Positions 1-13,749 of a stretch of DNA of 64,000 nt are shown here, piece after piece. A program made the translations under genes and the position numbers. The notes below the pieces were generated by a model. That model made no database searches, had not been told where the DNA came from, and saw nothing but the letters and a program-made list of their open reading frames with translations. Source of the DNA: Octopus sinensis (taxonomy: Eukaryota); assembly GCF_006345805.1 (NCBI RefSeq), contig NC_043004.1:99510001-99574000 (forward strand), written 5' to 3'. Positions within the stretch are counted from its first letter, which is position 1. Each line of letters begins with the position of its first letter.

Positions 1-163
1 TTCCCTCAGGAATTAGTGTTTGAATCAATATTTGACTGGTAGTTTATTTTCTTGGCCCCAAGTGGAAGAAATGCAGAGTAGAGAGGAGACTCCGATTGGT
101 TTTGAACTCGCAATTTAAAGAGGCATCCCAATGTAGTAACTGGTCTAGTCTTATACAGATATA

Positions 164-495
164 GTGAGGGCGCGTGGCTTAGTGGTTAGGGCATTCGGCT
201 CATGATCGTAAGGTTGTGAGTTCGATTCCCGGCGACGCGTTGTGTCCTTGAGCAAGACACTTTATTTCACGTTGCTCCAGTCCACTCAGCTGGCAAAAAT
301 GAGTTGTACTTGTATTTCAAAGGGTCAGCCTTGTCACTCTCTGTGTCACGCTGATTATCCCCGAGAACTACGTTAAGGGTACACGTGTCTGTGGAATGCT
401 CAGCCATTTGCACGTTAATTTCACGAGAAAGCTGTTCCGTTGATTCGGATCAACCGGAACCCTCGTCGTCGTAACCGGCGGAGTCTTTTTTTTTA
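164..495 (+). mobile_element. tRNA-derived SINE with CORE-like central domain
   Basis: A box TGGCTTAGTGG, B box GTTCGATTCC, CORE-like TTGTGTCCTTGAGCAAGACACTT, T-rich end; 11-bp target-site duplication ATACAGATATA at 153-163 and 496-506. Confidence 0.85.
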
Positions 496-884
496 ATACA
501 GATATACTATGGTTTCTGTCAATTTAAGACATTACTCATTCAAGCAATATTTTCCCTACTGTTCCCCTCAAAGTATTGGCGAAGTGGTAGTCCAACATGC
601 TAACTGGTAACAGCATCAAATTTCTTTCTTGTTAACAAGTAAGGACTTACTGTTTAACAAGATGTCTTAAATATACAAGGGATAGAAAAGAGTGTATACC
701 AATGTAAAAGTTTGATTATGGCTAAGAGGGTGCCTTAAAATTTGTACTGCTATTATTAACAAGAACAGTACAACAGCAGCAATTGGCTGCTACTGAATAT
801 TCCAATCCATGGATGGAAGGAAGTCAAGAATATAAATTTGAATTTTAAGGAATTTGAAGTCGGTTTTAATACATTTATTGGCCT

Positions 885-1090
885 GAAATTTTGGCACTCG
901 CAAGCAATTTATGGGAAGAGATGAAGTCAATAGCAACGACCCAGGTGCTCAACTGGTACTTATTTTATCGGCCCCGAAAGAATGATAGGTAAAATCAGCC
1001 TAGCATCAGCGGTATTTGAATTCACAACGTAAAGTTGGACGAAATGCCGCGGTGTGGTGTGCTAACGATAATGCCACCAAGCCGCCCTAT
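885..1090 (-). mobile_element. Degenerate tRNA-derived SINE (family A: GGCGGCGAGCTGGCAGAA head)
   Basis: Reverse complement matches the family A copies at 22552 and 42412 (GATAAAATAAGTACCAGTTGAGCAC...). Confidence 0.7.
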
Positions 1091-1117
1091 ATTAAATTGT
1101 AATATCAGATATAATAT

Positions 1118-1515
1118 TAAGGCAGAGATCTGTCAAAATCGTTAGCACGCCGGGAATGATCCTTAGCAGTATTTTGTCTGCCGTTACGTTCTGAGTTCAA
1201 ATTCCGCCGAGTCGACTTTGCCTTTCATCTTTTCGGGGTCGATTAAATCAGTACCAGTTACGCACTGAGGTCGATATAATCGACTTAATTCGTTTGTCTG
1301 TCCTTGTTTGGCTTCTCTATGTTTAGCCCCTTGTGGGTGGTAAAGAAATAGGTATTTTGTCTGCCGCTACGTTCTGAGCTCAAATTCCGCCGAGGTCGAC
1401 TTTGCCTTTCATCCTTTCGGGGCCGATAAAATAAGCAGCAGTTGAGTAATGAGGTCGACGTAATCGACATGCTGCATACCCCAGTATTGCTGCGGTTGTG
1501 CCGAAATTTGAAATG
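1118..1515 (+). mobile_element. Family A SINE with internal tandem duplication
   Basis: Body TACGTTCTGAGTTCAAATTCCGCCGAGGTCGACTTTGCCTTTCATCCTTTCGGGG occurs twice (~1185 and ~1368). Confidence 0.8.
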
Positions 1516-1599
1516 AACATTAGATGTGTCTATCTCACAATGTTATCTGCAGTAAACAAATATCATTCACATTCAAACATACACATAAACGCATACATG

Positions 1600-1673
<74 letters not shown>

Positions 1674-2004
1674 CACACACACACACACAGACAGAGAGAG
1701 TCATAGACAGAGAGAGGTAATTATATAGAATACAATTATAATCAAGGGCACAGAAGCTATCATGCCTATATGTTAGAAAGAGAAGTCAAATACGTCCATC
1801 TCTATATATGAATTTTACCTAATAGGTTATTTTTATATGCTGTCCACTGATAAAATTCATTAATTTAATAACTTTATCCTTTAATGATATATATAGTATA
1901 TAAGGATAAAAATCACGTTATTGATTTTTATCAAATAATCAGCTGGCTATAAAAATTTATATGCTATTTATACATTAAATTAATAATAATATACATAAGT
2001 ATAA

Positions 2005-2412
2005 AATTATATCAAGGGAGTAAGGGCGAGAACGACGTGTCTCCAGCATGCTTGAAGTGCCGATACCTTCAAGAAACTACCAAAAACTCCAGATAAGTAT
2101 ACGCATATTTGAAAGCGGGCTAGTGAAAGAAAGTTAAAAAGATCTCACGTTAATTGCGAATTGGTTCACATTTTTGGATTAAAGCAAAAACTAAGCCTTC
2201 TCCTTTCGTCAACACAAGGAAGAAGGCTTATGTTTTGCTTTAATCCAGAAATTGGAACCAACTCACAATTAATGTGATGTCATTTTAATTTCATCTCATT
2301 AGTAAGCTTTCAGCTATGTGTATATTTATCTGGATTTTTTTGTAGTTTATTGAAGGTATCGGCAATTCAAGCATGCTCGGGACAGGTCGTTTTCGCCCTT
2401 CCTCCCTTGATA

Positions 2413-2417
<5 letters not shown>
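2005..2417. repeat. ~410 bp foldback (long inverted repeat) next to (TA)n
   Basis: AATTATATCAAGGGAG...AAGCCTTCTCCTT pairs with AAGGAAGAAGGCTT...CTCCCTTGATATAATT; short loop near 2206-2216. Confidence 0.85.
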
Positions 2418-2461
<44 letters not shown>

Positions 2462-2653
2462 AGGTTATGAGAGAAAGGTGTCAGGTAATGCTAAGTGCTA
2501 TAAACAGACTATAGTTAATCTCAAGGTTCGGTGATTATGGGAATGAGGAGTCCAACGTAGGACATATATCAGCATGTGTATATATTAAAAAATTAACATA
2601 ATGAGATAAAAATCCAAGGCTGTGAAAGATATCAGAACATTTATAAATAGAAG

Positions 2654-2700
2654 CTCTTACAGCTGTTTCCGGGATATTTTCAATATCCCTTCATCAGTGA
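2654..2700 (-). ncRNA. Minimal type I hammerhead ribozyme (stem I damaged)
   Basis: Minus strand: CTGATGA-A-GGGATATT-gaa-AATATCCC-G-GAAAC-AGCT-GTA-AGAG; palindromic stem III ACAGCTGT. Confidence 0.75.
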
Positions 2701-2807
2701 CGGTGTGAGAAAACGGTTAAGCAATAGTTATTCTAGATAAAATCTGAAATAGAGAGTGAAGTGCAAGAAGTGAAGAATAACTGTTGCTTAACCATGTTCT
2801 CACACCG

Positions 2808-2853
2808 TCTTCGATGAAGGGATATATAAAATATCCCGGAAACAACTGTAAGA
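2808..2853 (+). ncRNA. Minimal hammerhead, mutated core (inverted copy)
   Basis: TCT-TCGATGA-A-GGGATAT-ataaa-ATATCCC-G-GAAAC-AACT-GTA-AGA; stem I TCT/AGA intact. Confidence 0.6.
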
Positions 2854-3691
2854 GCATTTTTTAAATGTTCTGAAATCTTTCACAGCTTTGTATTTTTATC
2901 TCATTCTGTTAATTGATATGTATATATATATGGAGAGAGATTGAGATTTGTGCAGTTCTGTTAAACATGTTGAAATACATTCGGACATGGAAAGATATAC
3001 GCTGGATAAATTATATCTAGAAAATTTTTTGTTTTACTTATAAACAATAATAGAGAAAAACACACCACTTAGCTTGTACGGTGATATCGGACCACAGTCC
3101 GGTTGCTTTTCTCTGTTCACATACTTTATCAGCCGAGAATACTGAGTTGTCGTTCATAGCCACTAAGTAATTACTGCCTTTATATTAGAACAGCAAATAG
3201 TATATTTGCTGATGTGCACAATGTTTTGTCAAGGTGGAATAAATTAACCAGAGGTGCACTAGACTGCGTTGAATGACATATAGGTGAGTAAAATTATAGG
3301 TAACATGTTCGTGTAGACTACAGTACGATGATATGATTTACATCCCAAATGGTGTGATTTATTTCACACGAATTGTCAATATGTAGAATTTATTGTCTCA
3401 AGAGAATTACTGCAATGTATGTCTCTCCGTGCGTGAGTTAATGATTGTAACTATGTACAATAAGTATATTATTATAATTATTTTATTTATATACCATTAA
3501 ATATGTCATGAAAAATATGAGTACATTTATGGGCATACATATACATGTAAGTATGTATACATACGTATATACATACTTCTGGTATTTATAGGGCACGTCC
3601 ACAAAACTCTAAGTTGTGTGCTAATGAGTATAACAACAAACTGTTATGAACTATACTGAACTATACTATATGCTATTTTTTCTGGACTATT

Positions 3692-3739
<48 letters not shown>

Positions 3740-3825
3740 ATATATATATTATATACATATATCACGCACAACATGGACCAATTTCTTCTTCTTAAGAAAA
3801 AATATATTCAAATAAATAAAACATA

Positions 3826-3860
3826 ATATCATGAATAGCGATAGCGAAACCGGTCGATAT
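3826..3860 (+). ncRNA. Degenerate minimal hammerhead
   Basis: ATATC-ATGAATA-GC-GATA-GC-GAAAC-CG-GTC-GATAT: 5-bp stem I, palindrome ACCGGT, GUC site; core has two substitutions from CTGAAGA. Confidence 0.55.
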
Positions 3861-3961
3861 AGTAAAAATTATATTAAAACTATGTAAGTATGCGTATTTT
3901 CTTTTTTTAATTTCTTATATACATTACAACTCACCACGTGGGGATAAACGAAATTCCTCTT

Positions 3962-4255
<294 letters not shown>

Positions 4256-4959
4256 TGCATATATAAATATATGTTTGTTTATCTAGAAAGAGTTAATTTC
4301 AGAATAACAAAATTGCGATTATATTTTCAGTTAGATAATCTTCTCTCCCGAAACAACGGAAATATATTCCTTGTCCCGTCCAAGTAATGAATTTGATTCT
4401 GCCAAATCAGCACAACTTCCAGCGCAGAAGATGCACTATTTGAAATCAGTTGTACACTAATATTCCATATACAATCCCTAAATATTGCTCACAGCAAAAT
4501 CTCTAAGTCTCATTCATTTCAGTGCAACACTTCATACACACTTATTCTATTTTGTCCTTTGTCTTAAAGACCAATGGTGAAATCGCTCTCAATTTCAAGT
4601 GATGAAGCTCACCTACTAGAAAGCCGCTTCGCGTTTCTGAAGGCAATGTACGCGGCATCAAAGTAGTCTACGATAACATTTAAATAAAATTACAAATATT
4701 ATGGGCCATTTTTTATTAGGGAAAAATTATTCTGGTCACATCTCAGATGACAGTAAACCCCAAATATTAAAATCCCAAATACCTAGCTATAAGACTTATA
4801 CAGTATTATGCAGAATTTGTTCTTTATGGCTACTGATTAGTCTGTGTAATTTCTTATTACCCATAATATCCTCCTCACATTTAACTGGATTAACGAGACT
4901 TGGTCTACCTTTGTGCTTTAATAACATACGTTATTAATGTATATATATCTATCTATATA

Positions 4960-5034
<75 letters not shown>

Positions 5035-5285
5035 TGTACAGTCTGACATCGCTCTAGTGTATTTTAGATATGAGAAACTCCCGGTCATAATAAGATCAAT
5101 CACCAATTATTTCTTACTTTCTCTCACTCCAACCCTCTCTCTCTCTCTTTCTTTCTCAATTTATGTATGTATGTATGTATCTTTCTATACAAACATACAT
5201 AAATACACACATATATATATATCTATGTACATGTATATATATGTATATATATATATATAATATATATATATATATATGTATATAT

Positions 5286-5317
<32 letters not shown>

Positions 5318-5501
5318 GTATATATATATATATATATATAATATATATTTATGCACACCTCATATATATGTGTGAAGTGTTTCTTTTCTTTCTCTTACTC
5401 CCTCTCTCTATCACTCTCTCTCTCTCTCTCTTTCTGTATATTTATTTATTTATATATACCTATATGATATATATTATGTATGCATGAATGTATATATATA
5501 G

Positions 5502-5547
<46 letters not shown>

Positions 5548-6063
5548 ATATATATATTATATATAATATATATATACATATACATAAGTATGTGTGTGTG
5601 TGGTAAGTATATAAATAGAGAGAGAAAGACAGACAGACAGACTTTGCATACACTCTGTTTACAATAAATAAATATTACATTAATCAGTATATAGTATATT
5701 ATATGAAAGAAAAACAATTAATCTAAATTGTTAATTAATTCTCAAGTTAGTTTAGATGCAAGCAAAGTGAATTTAATCAGTAACATTAAACGTTGAAATG
5801 ATTTCCTTAGATTACAACTTAATGAGCAAGAATAATTCGAGACAGTCTGTAAATAAAGAGTCACACATCCACACACACTCGGGCATGCGCATACACACAG
5901 TAACGCACGTAGAGTGACAATATGTGTGTTTGTATAGACGCATGTATGTATGTATGTATTTATAAATACATACATGTTTATATATATAAATATATTATAT
6001 ATATATATATATATGTATTATATATGTATATATATGATGTATGTATGTATATATATATATGGA

Positions 6064-6110
<47 letters not shown>

Positions 6111-6780
6111 TATAGATAGATGATAGATACAGACATATATATATATATATGTTCGTGTGTTTATCTATATATTTATATATGGGGAGAGAGGGGGGAAAGA
6201 GGGTGGGGGAAGAAAGCTTCATACACACATTCATACATACATACATACAGACAGGCATATACATATATTTATTTATTTAAATTTGCCGAGTATGAATTTT
6301 TATACGTATATGCAGTGATTGGTGAGAAGCTGTGCAATGTTTCGATCTTTCAAGGTATTATTTTATTATTCTCGGGAATAAATAATTTTTTTTTATTATC
6401 CTTGGTAATCGAAACCAATACAAAAATAGTCGCAAGATCGTGGTTGTTTTTGGGACCCGTTCCCCGGAGTGCGTTTTGTTCTTGGGTAAAGCACTTCATC
6501 TGAAGTTGCTCTGCGACCATTTCAACAACTGACGTATAGAACAGCATGCACCTGTACACGCAATGTCTTTTTTAATGAGTGTGTGAGCTATTGTGCAGCC
6601 CGAACATTTGATCGTTATAAAAGAATAATTTGCCCAGGTTGCTGATCCGAAATTTGCGACATTCTCATGCGTCGTTTACGATAGGTGAGGCAAGTATCTG
6701 TGTGTGCGCGCGCGTATTTGTCTGTGAGTAAATATATATAATTATGTAATGTATGTAAATATACTCGCTGACTATAGATA

Positions 6781-7674
6781 TACGAGGTGGGAGGCAATGG
6801 AAACCCTAATTTTTCAATATTATTTTACTCAGTTTTACATGTTTACACTTTTATCGCCCACAAATTATTCTCCATGTGAAGCAAAGCATCGGACCAGGCG
6901 CGTTTTTTCTGCTATTCGAAGCAGTTTTAGAACTCTTGTGAAGAGATGCTTTTAACGCGGCCATCGTTTTTTCCTTCACTTCTCACACATCTAGAAATTC
7001 CGTAACATCAGCTTTTGTCACTAGTGATGACCCTTGAAAAATGTCCAGATCAACTTCCGACTGTTTCTTCTGTTCACGACACGAATTCAGTCATGACTGC
7101 ATTTGATGTTCCGTGAGCGAGCGAACCACAAATTTTGCGGCAAATCTTTTCATTCGCAGTTCCTCGCTCATAATTCGTTGGCAGGACAAGTCAGTCATCC
7201 AGGACACACCAGTCATATCAACAAGTTAGTCAATTCTTCGATAACGGTTCTCTAAGATCAGTTCATGAATTTTGATGTTGTTTTCATTCCTTTGCGAGGT
7301 CGACGGTCGTCCTGAACAAGATTAGTCTTAAGCGACAAGCAGTCATTCCTAAAGTGAAAACTACTCGTAAACTTGTGTTCTGCTCACGGCATCGTTTTTG
7401 TAAGCTGTTTGAAGCATGCTAACTGTTTCAGGCGCCGTTTTCCACAGCAGGAAACAGAATTTCACGGAAGCACGCTGTTCCTACGTTTCAGACATCGCGA
7501 ATGTCGACGAACATGAGAAAGCACCGCAAAACAAATATGCACCACATGACAGTAGGACCTTATGCGACAACACCGGTTGGCAAACGGAGGCCTGAGTGTC
7601 GCATCAAGTGGCTTGTAGTAGCGGAAGCCTTCTACAGTGAAGGTTTCCGGTTATTTTGGGAACCCCTTCGTGTA
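6781..7674 (-). mobile_element. Internally deleted mariner DNA transposon remnant
   Basis: Minus translation EQRASVKFCFLLWKTAPETVSMLQTAY...SGRPSTS...RMKRFAAKFV (mariner HTH region) and C-terminal RCFASHGE*FVGD; many stops; degenerate TA-CGA(A/G)GG terminal repeats. Confidence 0.8.
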
Positions 7675-8119
7675 CGTGTACATACACATATATATAAACG
7701 CATACACTAACATAAATGCATATGTACACACAACCTCTTAAGCACACATAAACACTCAAGCGCACATACATATAATAGGTTCGTTTAATTTTTCGTGCCT
7801 TATAAAGAAATTGCAATAAATGATAAATCCAATAAACCTAATAATTGCAATTAAAAAGGATAACAAGAGCTGCGAGCTATATCTCCATCGATTGCATGTC
7901 AACTGGTTTCTCAATTACAAAATAAGGGTCTTGTAGTTCGCTTTTTCCAAAATCGGCCATTTTCTATTGTCAACTGTTAATTCTTATTTTTCAATATTCA
8001 CAAGTATCACATTTAGCGAAGAGAAAAAAGCATCATACTTTATACTAGACAATTCTACTGTGCTTCCAAATGAAAACTTAACTAACGTACATATACATCG
8101 TACATATATATATAAGAAT

Positions 8120-8173
<54 letters not shown>

Positions 8174-8255
8174 CGACATTCGGTGGTTTTTAGTGTAATA
8201 TATTGTATTTTATCAATATCAAAGTGGGTTTTTTTATTATTATTATTATTATTTA

Positions 8256-8337
<82 letters not shown>

Positions 8338-8389
8338 TATTATTACTATTATTATTATTATCATATTATTATCATCATCATCATCATTA

Positions 8390-9861
8390 CGTTCCACTTT
8401 TGCTTTGTGTTTGTACAAGTTGACTCGAAGTCTCACCCCGAGACCTCAAGAGACAAGTTAGAAGTTCATGTTATTGTTATGCCATATATTTGGTTTTGCT
8501 CATAGTATTGTTCTGCAGAATGTATAAGAAAACTTAAGAAAATTATGAATTTGTTTTAAAATTTGAGATCACATAGACAGTATGTTATGTAGGATATGGG
8601 CAGTTCCCATGAGCCCTATCTTCTGAATTTCTGCCATTTTGGGGTTTCCTGGTATCTGAGCTAAGGAGCAATCAGTCCGTTTTGCTATCGTTCCAAGAGA
8701 ACTTACGGCAATAGGTACTGTTTTAGTCTTGAGGTTCAAGATCTTTATACTTGCTCAGTTTTTGGTAGGTCTTGACAGATACATTTATTCCGATTGGGGC
8801 AGTCATATCAGTGAGGAGGCATGTTCTTTGTCTGAAGTCTTTCAATATGATGTCTGGCCTATTTGTATCTATCTCTCTGTTAGTTTGAATGGTGAAGTTC
8901 CAGAGGAGTGTGATATGATCATTTTCACGCACTAGAGGTGGTTTGTGTTCCCACCAGTTTTTTATCATGTGGCAGGTCCAGGTCTTTGCAAATTACCCAG
9001 TGAATATATTGTGCTGTTCTATCATGCCTGTTGAGATGCTCAGTAGGCGCAAGAAGATTGCACATGGAGACAACATGATCAATGGTTTCATTTTGTTGTT
9101 GACATACAGGACATGTTGAACTACTGCCGTTCTTTAATATGTTGGTCTAGTATCTCATTGTAGGTAGGCATTGATCTTGGGTTGCTATGATAAACACTTC
9201 TGTTTCTGATTTCAAGCCAGAAACCACTAACCATTGATGGATAAGGGCTTTGTCAACATCGGCACTATTAGCTCTCTTTGGCTATTTGACATTGAGAGGT
9301 TTTTCTTGCCATTTATCAATAAGAATATCTAAAGTATCTCTTTTAGCAAAAGTTTTCATACACTTAACTTTTTATGTGCTTGTTTCTCGTAAGTATAATT
9401 CTGGAATTTGTTTATTTGGAATTCACTTAGATATTCCTTTGCCTGTTTTGTTACTGAGTATTATGCTTTCTTGTTTTCATGTTTTGAGACAAGTTTTGAT
9501 ATCCAGTCATCAGAGTTTTTCAGGTAGGTGTCTACGCCAATTGTGGCAATCTTCATTATTAGTTCCAGTTGCAAAAATCCTCTGCCACCCTTTTTTCTTG
9601 GCAGATAAAGTCGTTCTTTATCTGCGTTAGGGTGGTGTATTCTATGCATTGTCAACTAGTTTCGTATTTTTCTGTCAAGATGACATATTTCAGTAATTGA
9701 CCAGTTAACATTGAAACTGTAAGTCACGACTGGTAAGACTAAAGTATTGATCGCTTCGATCCTGTTTCTTGCATTCAACTTTGTCTTGAGTATTGCCCTT
9801 ACCCTGCGATAACATTCTCTTCTGATCCTTTCCCTCATCACTGAATATTTGATTTCGTCCC
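8390..9861 (-). mobile_element. 5'-truncated RLE-type non-LTR retrotransposon (R4/Dong-like), pseudogenised
   Basis: Frameshifted pieces: RIEAINTLVLPVVTYSF, HPNADKERLYLPRKKGGRG, CCHC finger CPVCQQQNETIDHVVSMC, restriction-like endonuclease NRPDIIL..D...KLSKYKDL; flanked on both sides by (TAA)n. Confidence 0.85.
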
Positions 9862-9880
9862 ATTATTATTATTATTATTA

Positions 9881-9941
<61 letters not shown>

Positions 9942-10972
9942 ATACAATTTATATTAAATATCTCTGTCATTAATTTATAATTATTCAATATTCCTTAAAT
10001 TAATTCTCATCGGAAATATCACAGAGAGGTGTGACGTTATTATTGGTCATTAGTAAGAACAAGTTTTCTCGTTAGAGCTAATCGCTGATAAATTATTTGT
10101 GAAACAGGTGAGATGTTTGTGGTTATAAAAGAGTTTAATTATATAGCAAATAATCATATGGAAGATAATCATATGGGCCTCCGTTGATTTCGACGATGAA
10201 GTTGCAGGTATTTGATCAAAGGTATTGTCTTCTCATTGAATTAGCGTATGAGTGGCCGCCCATTCAGCAGGCATGAGTTCCCTATCCTAACAATTAGACA
10301 TGTTTTCACATCGGTAACTTCTAGAAAGTTCTAATTATCACTTGCTAATTGACATATGTAATGCTAGAGGGAAATTTCTTCAACCGTGGTCAAGAGTACA
10401 CAAGCCATAATGGGACTGTGTATTAGTTTTCTAGTAAGAAACGGCAAAAAATCCTATTTCTTATAAACCCTACATATCATGCCATCTAAAAATACTCACA
10501 AATGTAGAATTGGGGTTATAAAACAGTTGGATGGGCGGGATCAGCCATACAGAATATCCCTCAATATGCTTTGCCCTGTTAAGCCTCAACATTTGACGCT
10601 CAAAAGAACGAGAATGTTACATAAGAAATAAAAAGGAATTACAAAAAAAAGAGTGGTATTTCGGGACTGAACACAACACAAGGAAAGTTATATATATTGC
10701 GTGGTTCAAATGTTAAAACATGTTGGTCAATATTTCCACAGATGAACATAATTGACATATTATGCCTTACAGATTCTAGCTACATAAGCTTAATCCTCTG
10801 CTGCTTAAAAAAACGGCCAAAAAAATGTTCTGTCAAGTATTACTATATAAATTTACGTGCACACTGTATAAGAATACACACACAAATATATTGGTAGACA
10901 GATATCAAAGATACATATATACATACATATATATATTGTATATATAAATATATATAATATATATAATAGATA

Positions 10973-11019
<47 letters not shown>

Positions 11020-11098
11020 ATATAAATATATATGTGTGAATATATAACATTATACCGGTTGTGTGCGCGCGTGTGTGTATGTGTGTGCAGGGAACTAG

Positions 11099-11129
<31 letters not shown>

Positions 11130-11434
11130 TAGAGACTGAGGGAAAACATACATTCGTACTTTAACATACTTTTACATATAGTTTACACTTTATGCCTACT
11201 TCCAACGTGTCCACACTATTACCATACCACCAATATATGTGTATATATATATATATATATATAATATATATATATATATAATACATATATATACATATAT
11301 ACACATATATACAATATAAATATATAAATATATATATGTATATAAATATATATAAAATATGCCTATGTGTACGTATGTTTGTGTATGTATGCATACATCA
11401 ACTCACATGCATTGATACACACACACACATACAT

Positions 11435-11504
<70 letters not shown>

Positions 11505-12164
11505 TGCACACGTCTGATTTATATAATTTATTATTTCACCATTAGACACCTCGAAACCTCGAATATTCTATATTGATTCATTCCTTGTCTGTGTGTCACC
11601 TTGATTCTGCTTTTGAGTTTTATGTTTCTGATTTTTTTTCTTTTATTTCTTATATGGTCGAGCAGAGGGGATACGTAACACTCACTTTTACTTTTATTCT
11701 TGTTGTTTTCGTATTATTCGTTTTCCTATTTTCCTATTCTACGTCTTGCATTTCTGCCATTATCTCCATATGTGATATTTCTCTGATTCTATCTTACCAT
11801 TGTTTTTCCACTTCTCGGCAGTGATTATCTGATTTATGGCAATGTAGTATACATTTCTTTGACTTCTGCTTCACACTCTCCCCACCGACCCTCTCTCACT
11901 AAGCCACCCACCTACAGCTCCGTCTCCCTCGCCAATCCAGTTTCTGTGCACCACGCTTCAGGCTCGTCGCATTTCGGCTTTGTGCGCCATTTTTGCTTTT
12001 CACAGGCTTTCCCTTATTCGTTATATTTTTGTTTGCCTACACCACCATTGGTCAATTTTCCTCCGTCCATCTCTTCCCTATATTAATCTATCAATCTCTG
12101 CGTCCTTATATCTCCCCCTCCTTCTCTCTATCTTGTTGTTGTTCTTGTTCTTCTTGTTCTTCTC

Positions 12165-12192
12165 CTGCTTCTTCTTCTTTTCGTCTCCTTCT

Positions 12193-12227
<35 letters not shown>

Positions 12228-12315
12228 TTCTCCTTCCTCTTCTTCTTCTTCTTTTTCTTCTTCTTCTTCTTCTTCTTCTTCTTCTTCTTCTTCTTCTTCT
12301 TCTTCTTCTTCTTCT
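12165..12315. repeat. (TTC)n microsatellite
   Basis: Directly visible; explains the poly-E, poly-S and poly-L ORFs. Confidence 0.95.
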
Positions 12316-12468
12316 AATGCACGCAAAGCATAAAGCACATATTTGTTTTGATCAACATTTCTTTGCTTCTTTCTCCTTTCCGCCCCTCTCTTAATACGCA
12401 GATTAAAATATATGCTAACTTCTCTTTCTCTCTCTGTCTATCTATCTATCGAATTGTCTATGTACATC

Positions 12469-12515
<47 letters not shown>

Positions 12516-12564
12516 ATATGTGTATACGCACACAATATAATATATATATATATATTATATATAT

Positions 12565-12842
12565 AGAATCGGGTCGGGGTGAGTACTTGATAATTATAAG
12601 CACCTGTGTATACTGTTTGGTGGTGTAGGTGCTGTTGCCGCATTATGCCGTACGCGAATGAGAGGATTTGCATCCCCAACCAAGAATTTTTGATGTAACA
12701 CATGTCCTTGTGGAAGCTGTTGTGCGCGGCTGAAGAAGGCCACAGACATACATTATGCATTGTTATAAATCTGTCTAATAAAGGCCCGAAACATATGTAC
12801 CGCTGAATCCCTGGCATCATGTTTTTTTATTTTGATCAATTT
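12565..12842 (+). mobile_element. ~280 bp hammerhead-bearing element inserted in (TA)n
   Basis: Unique, GC-richer island between two TA tracts that contains an intact hammerhead. Confidence 0.55.
12726..12803 (+). ncRNA. Type I hammerhead ribozyme with extended stem II
   Basis: GCGG-CTGAAGA-A-GGCC-(ACAGA...TCTGT insert)-GGCC-C-GAAAC-ATAT-GTA-CCGC; all core nucleotides present; palindrome ACATATGT. Confidence 0.8.
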
Positions 12843-12846
12843 ATAT

Positions 12847-12916
<70 letters not shown>

Positions 12917-13014
12917 ATAAAATGTTTTGAATGGTACAACAGTGCACTATAATACAATTAAAGGGCTATATACCTGTTGTAATTTAGTCATTCATAGTCC
13001 GATGATATTTCGAA

Positions 13015-13059
<45 letters not shown>

Positions 13060-13063
13060 GTGC

Positions 13064-13101
<38 letters not shown>

Positions 13102-13749
13102 TTTACTGTTCCGTTAAAGTAAGATGAAGACAAAAATATACATCGTCCAGTGACAGATATATATCATTTAATGTAAATATCCCCATTGTAAATACTAAAA
13201 CATAAAAAGACAGTTGATATGCCATTGACAGGGGAATCCGAATGGCCTCCGCAGATAGCTGTGGAGGTCATAAGTTTTACTTGTGGGAAAGGCTTAAAGG
13301 ATTTGGGGAGGCGTGTCGCCTATGGCCGGATGACCCTTACACGACTTACATGTCCTACATGAGTGAGGCATGGGAAATGGCTAGATACAGGAACTCAAAC
13401 AGCATTGAAGATGATGATGGATACATCGATGAGTAGGAGGTGAAAAAACCTCGTTAGAGGGTTTGAAACCTCATATTATTGTATTATTTGTAGTGGTTTA
13501 TAACGTCAATTGTGTGTTTAAAAAAAAACACACGATAAGTAAGAGGTTTTAGTGTTTCCATCTTGTAAGAGATTTGAAACCTCATCGATTTTTAAAAAAA
13601 GAAAATATGTTTTCGAGAAAATTGCAATCGGTGGGTGTTGGGTTTCGTTTCTCATTTATTCCTTTTATTTCATTTTCAATCATTAATGTGTTTGTCCAGC
13701 CCGCAAAGCTACCCAATCTTTGTACCGTCTATATGACAAATTTTATGAA

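Larger units (their letters stand above)
2461..2914. mobile_element. Penelope-like pLTR/retrozyme-type element with inverted arms (2591-2735 and 2775-2914)
   Basis: Arms are reverse complements; each contains a hammerhead motif; flanked by TA repeats. Confidence 0.65.

Noticed and set aside
164-240. tRNA genes (also at ~40260, ~42975-43043, ~53851)
   Set aside because: A and B boxes run directly into SINE bodies without a proper acceptor stem; these are SINE heads
2255-2310. Hammerhead in the 2005-2417 foldback (minus CTAATGA-GATG...CATC)
   Set aside because: No GAAA after the stem, and the other arm does not restore it
4918-6264. YI/CV/HT-rich ORFs here and throughout the window
   Set aside because: Translations of (TA)n, (CA)n, (GA)n and (GATA)n microsatellites; no coding signal
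6338-6415. Imperfect AT-rich hairpin
   Set aside because: Short, low-complexity and single-copy in this window; no supportable function
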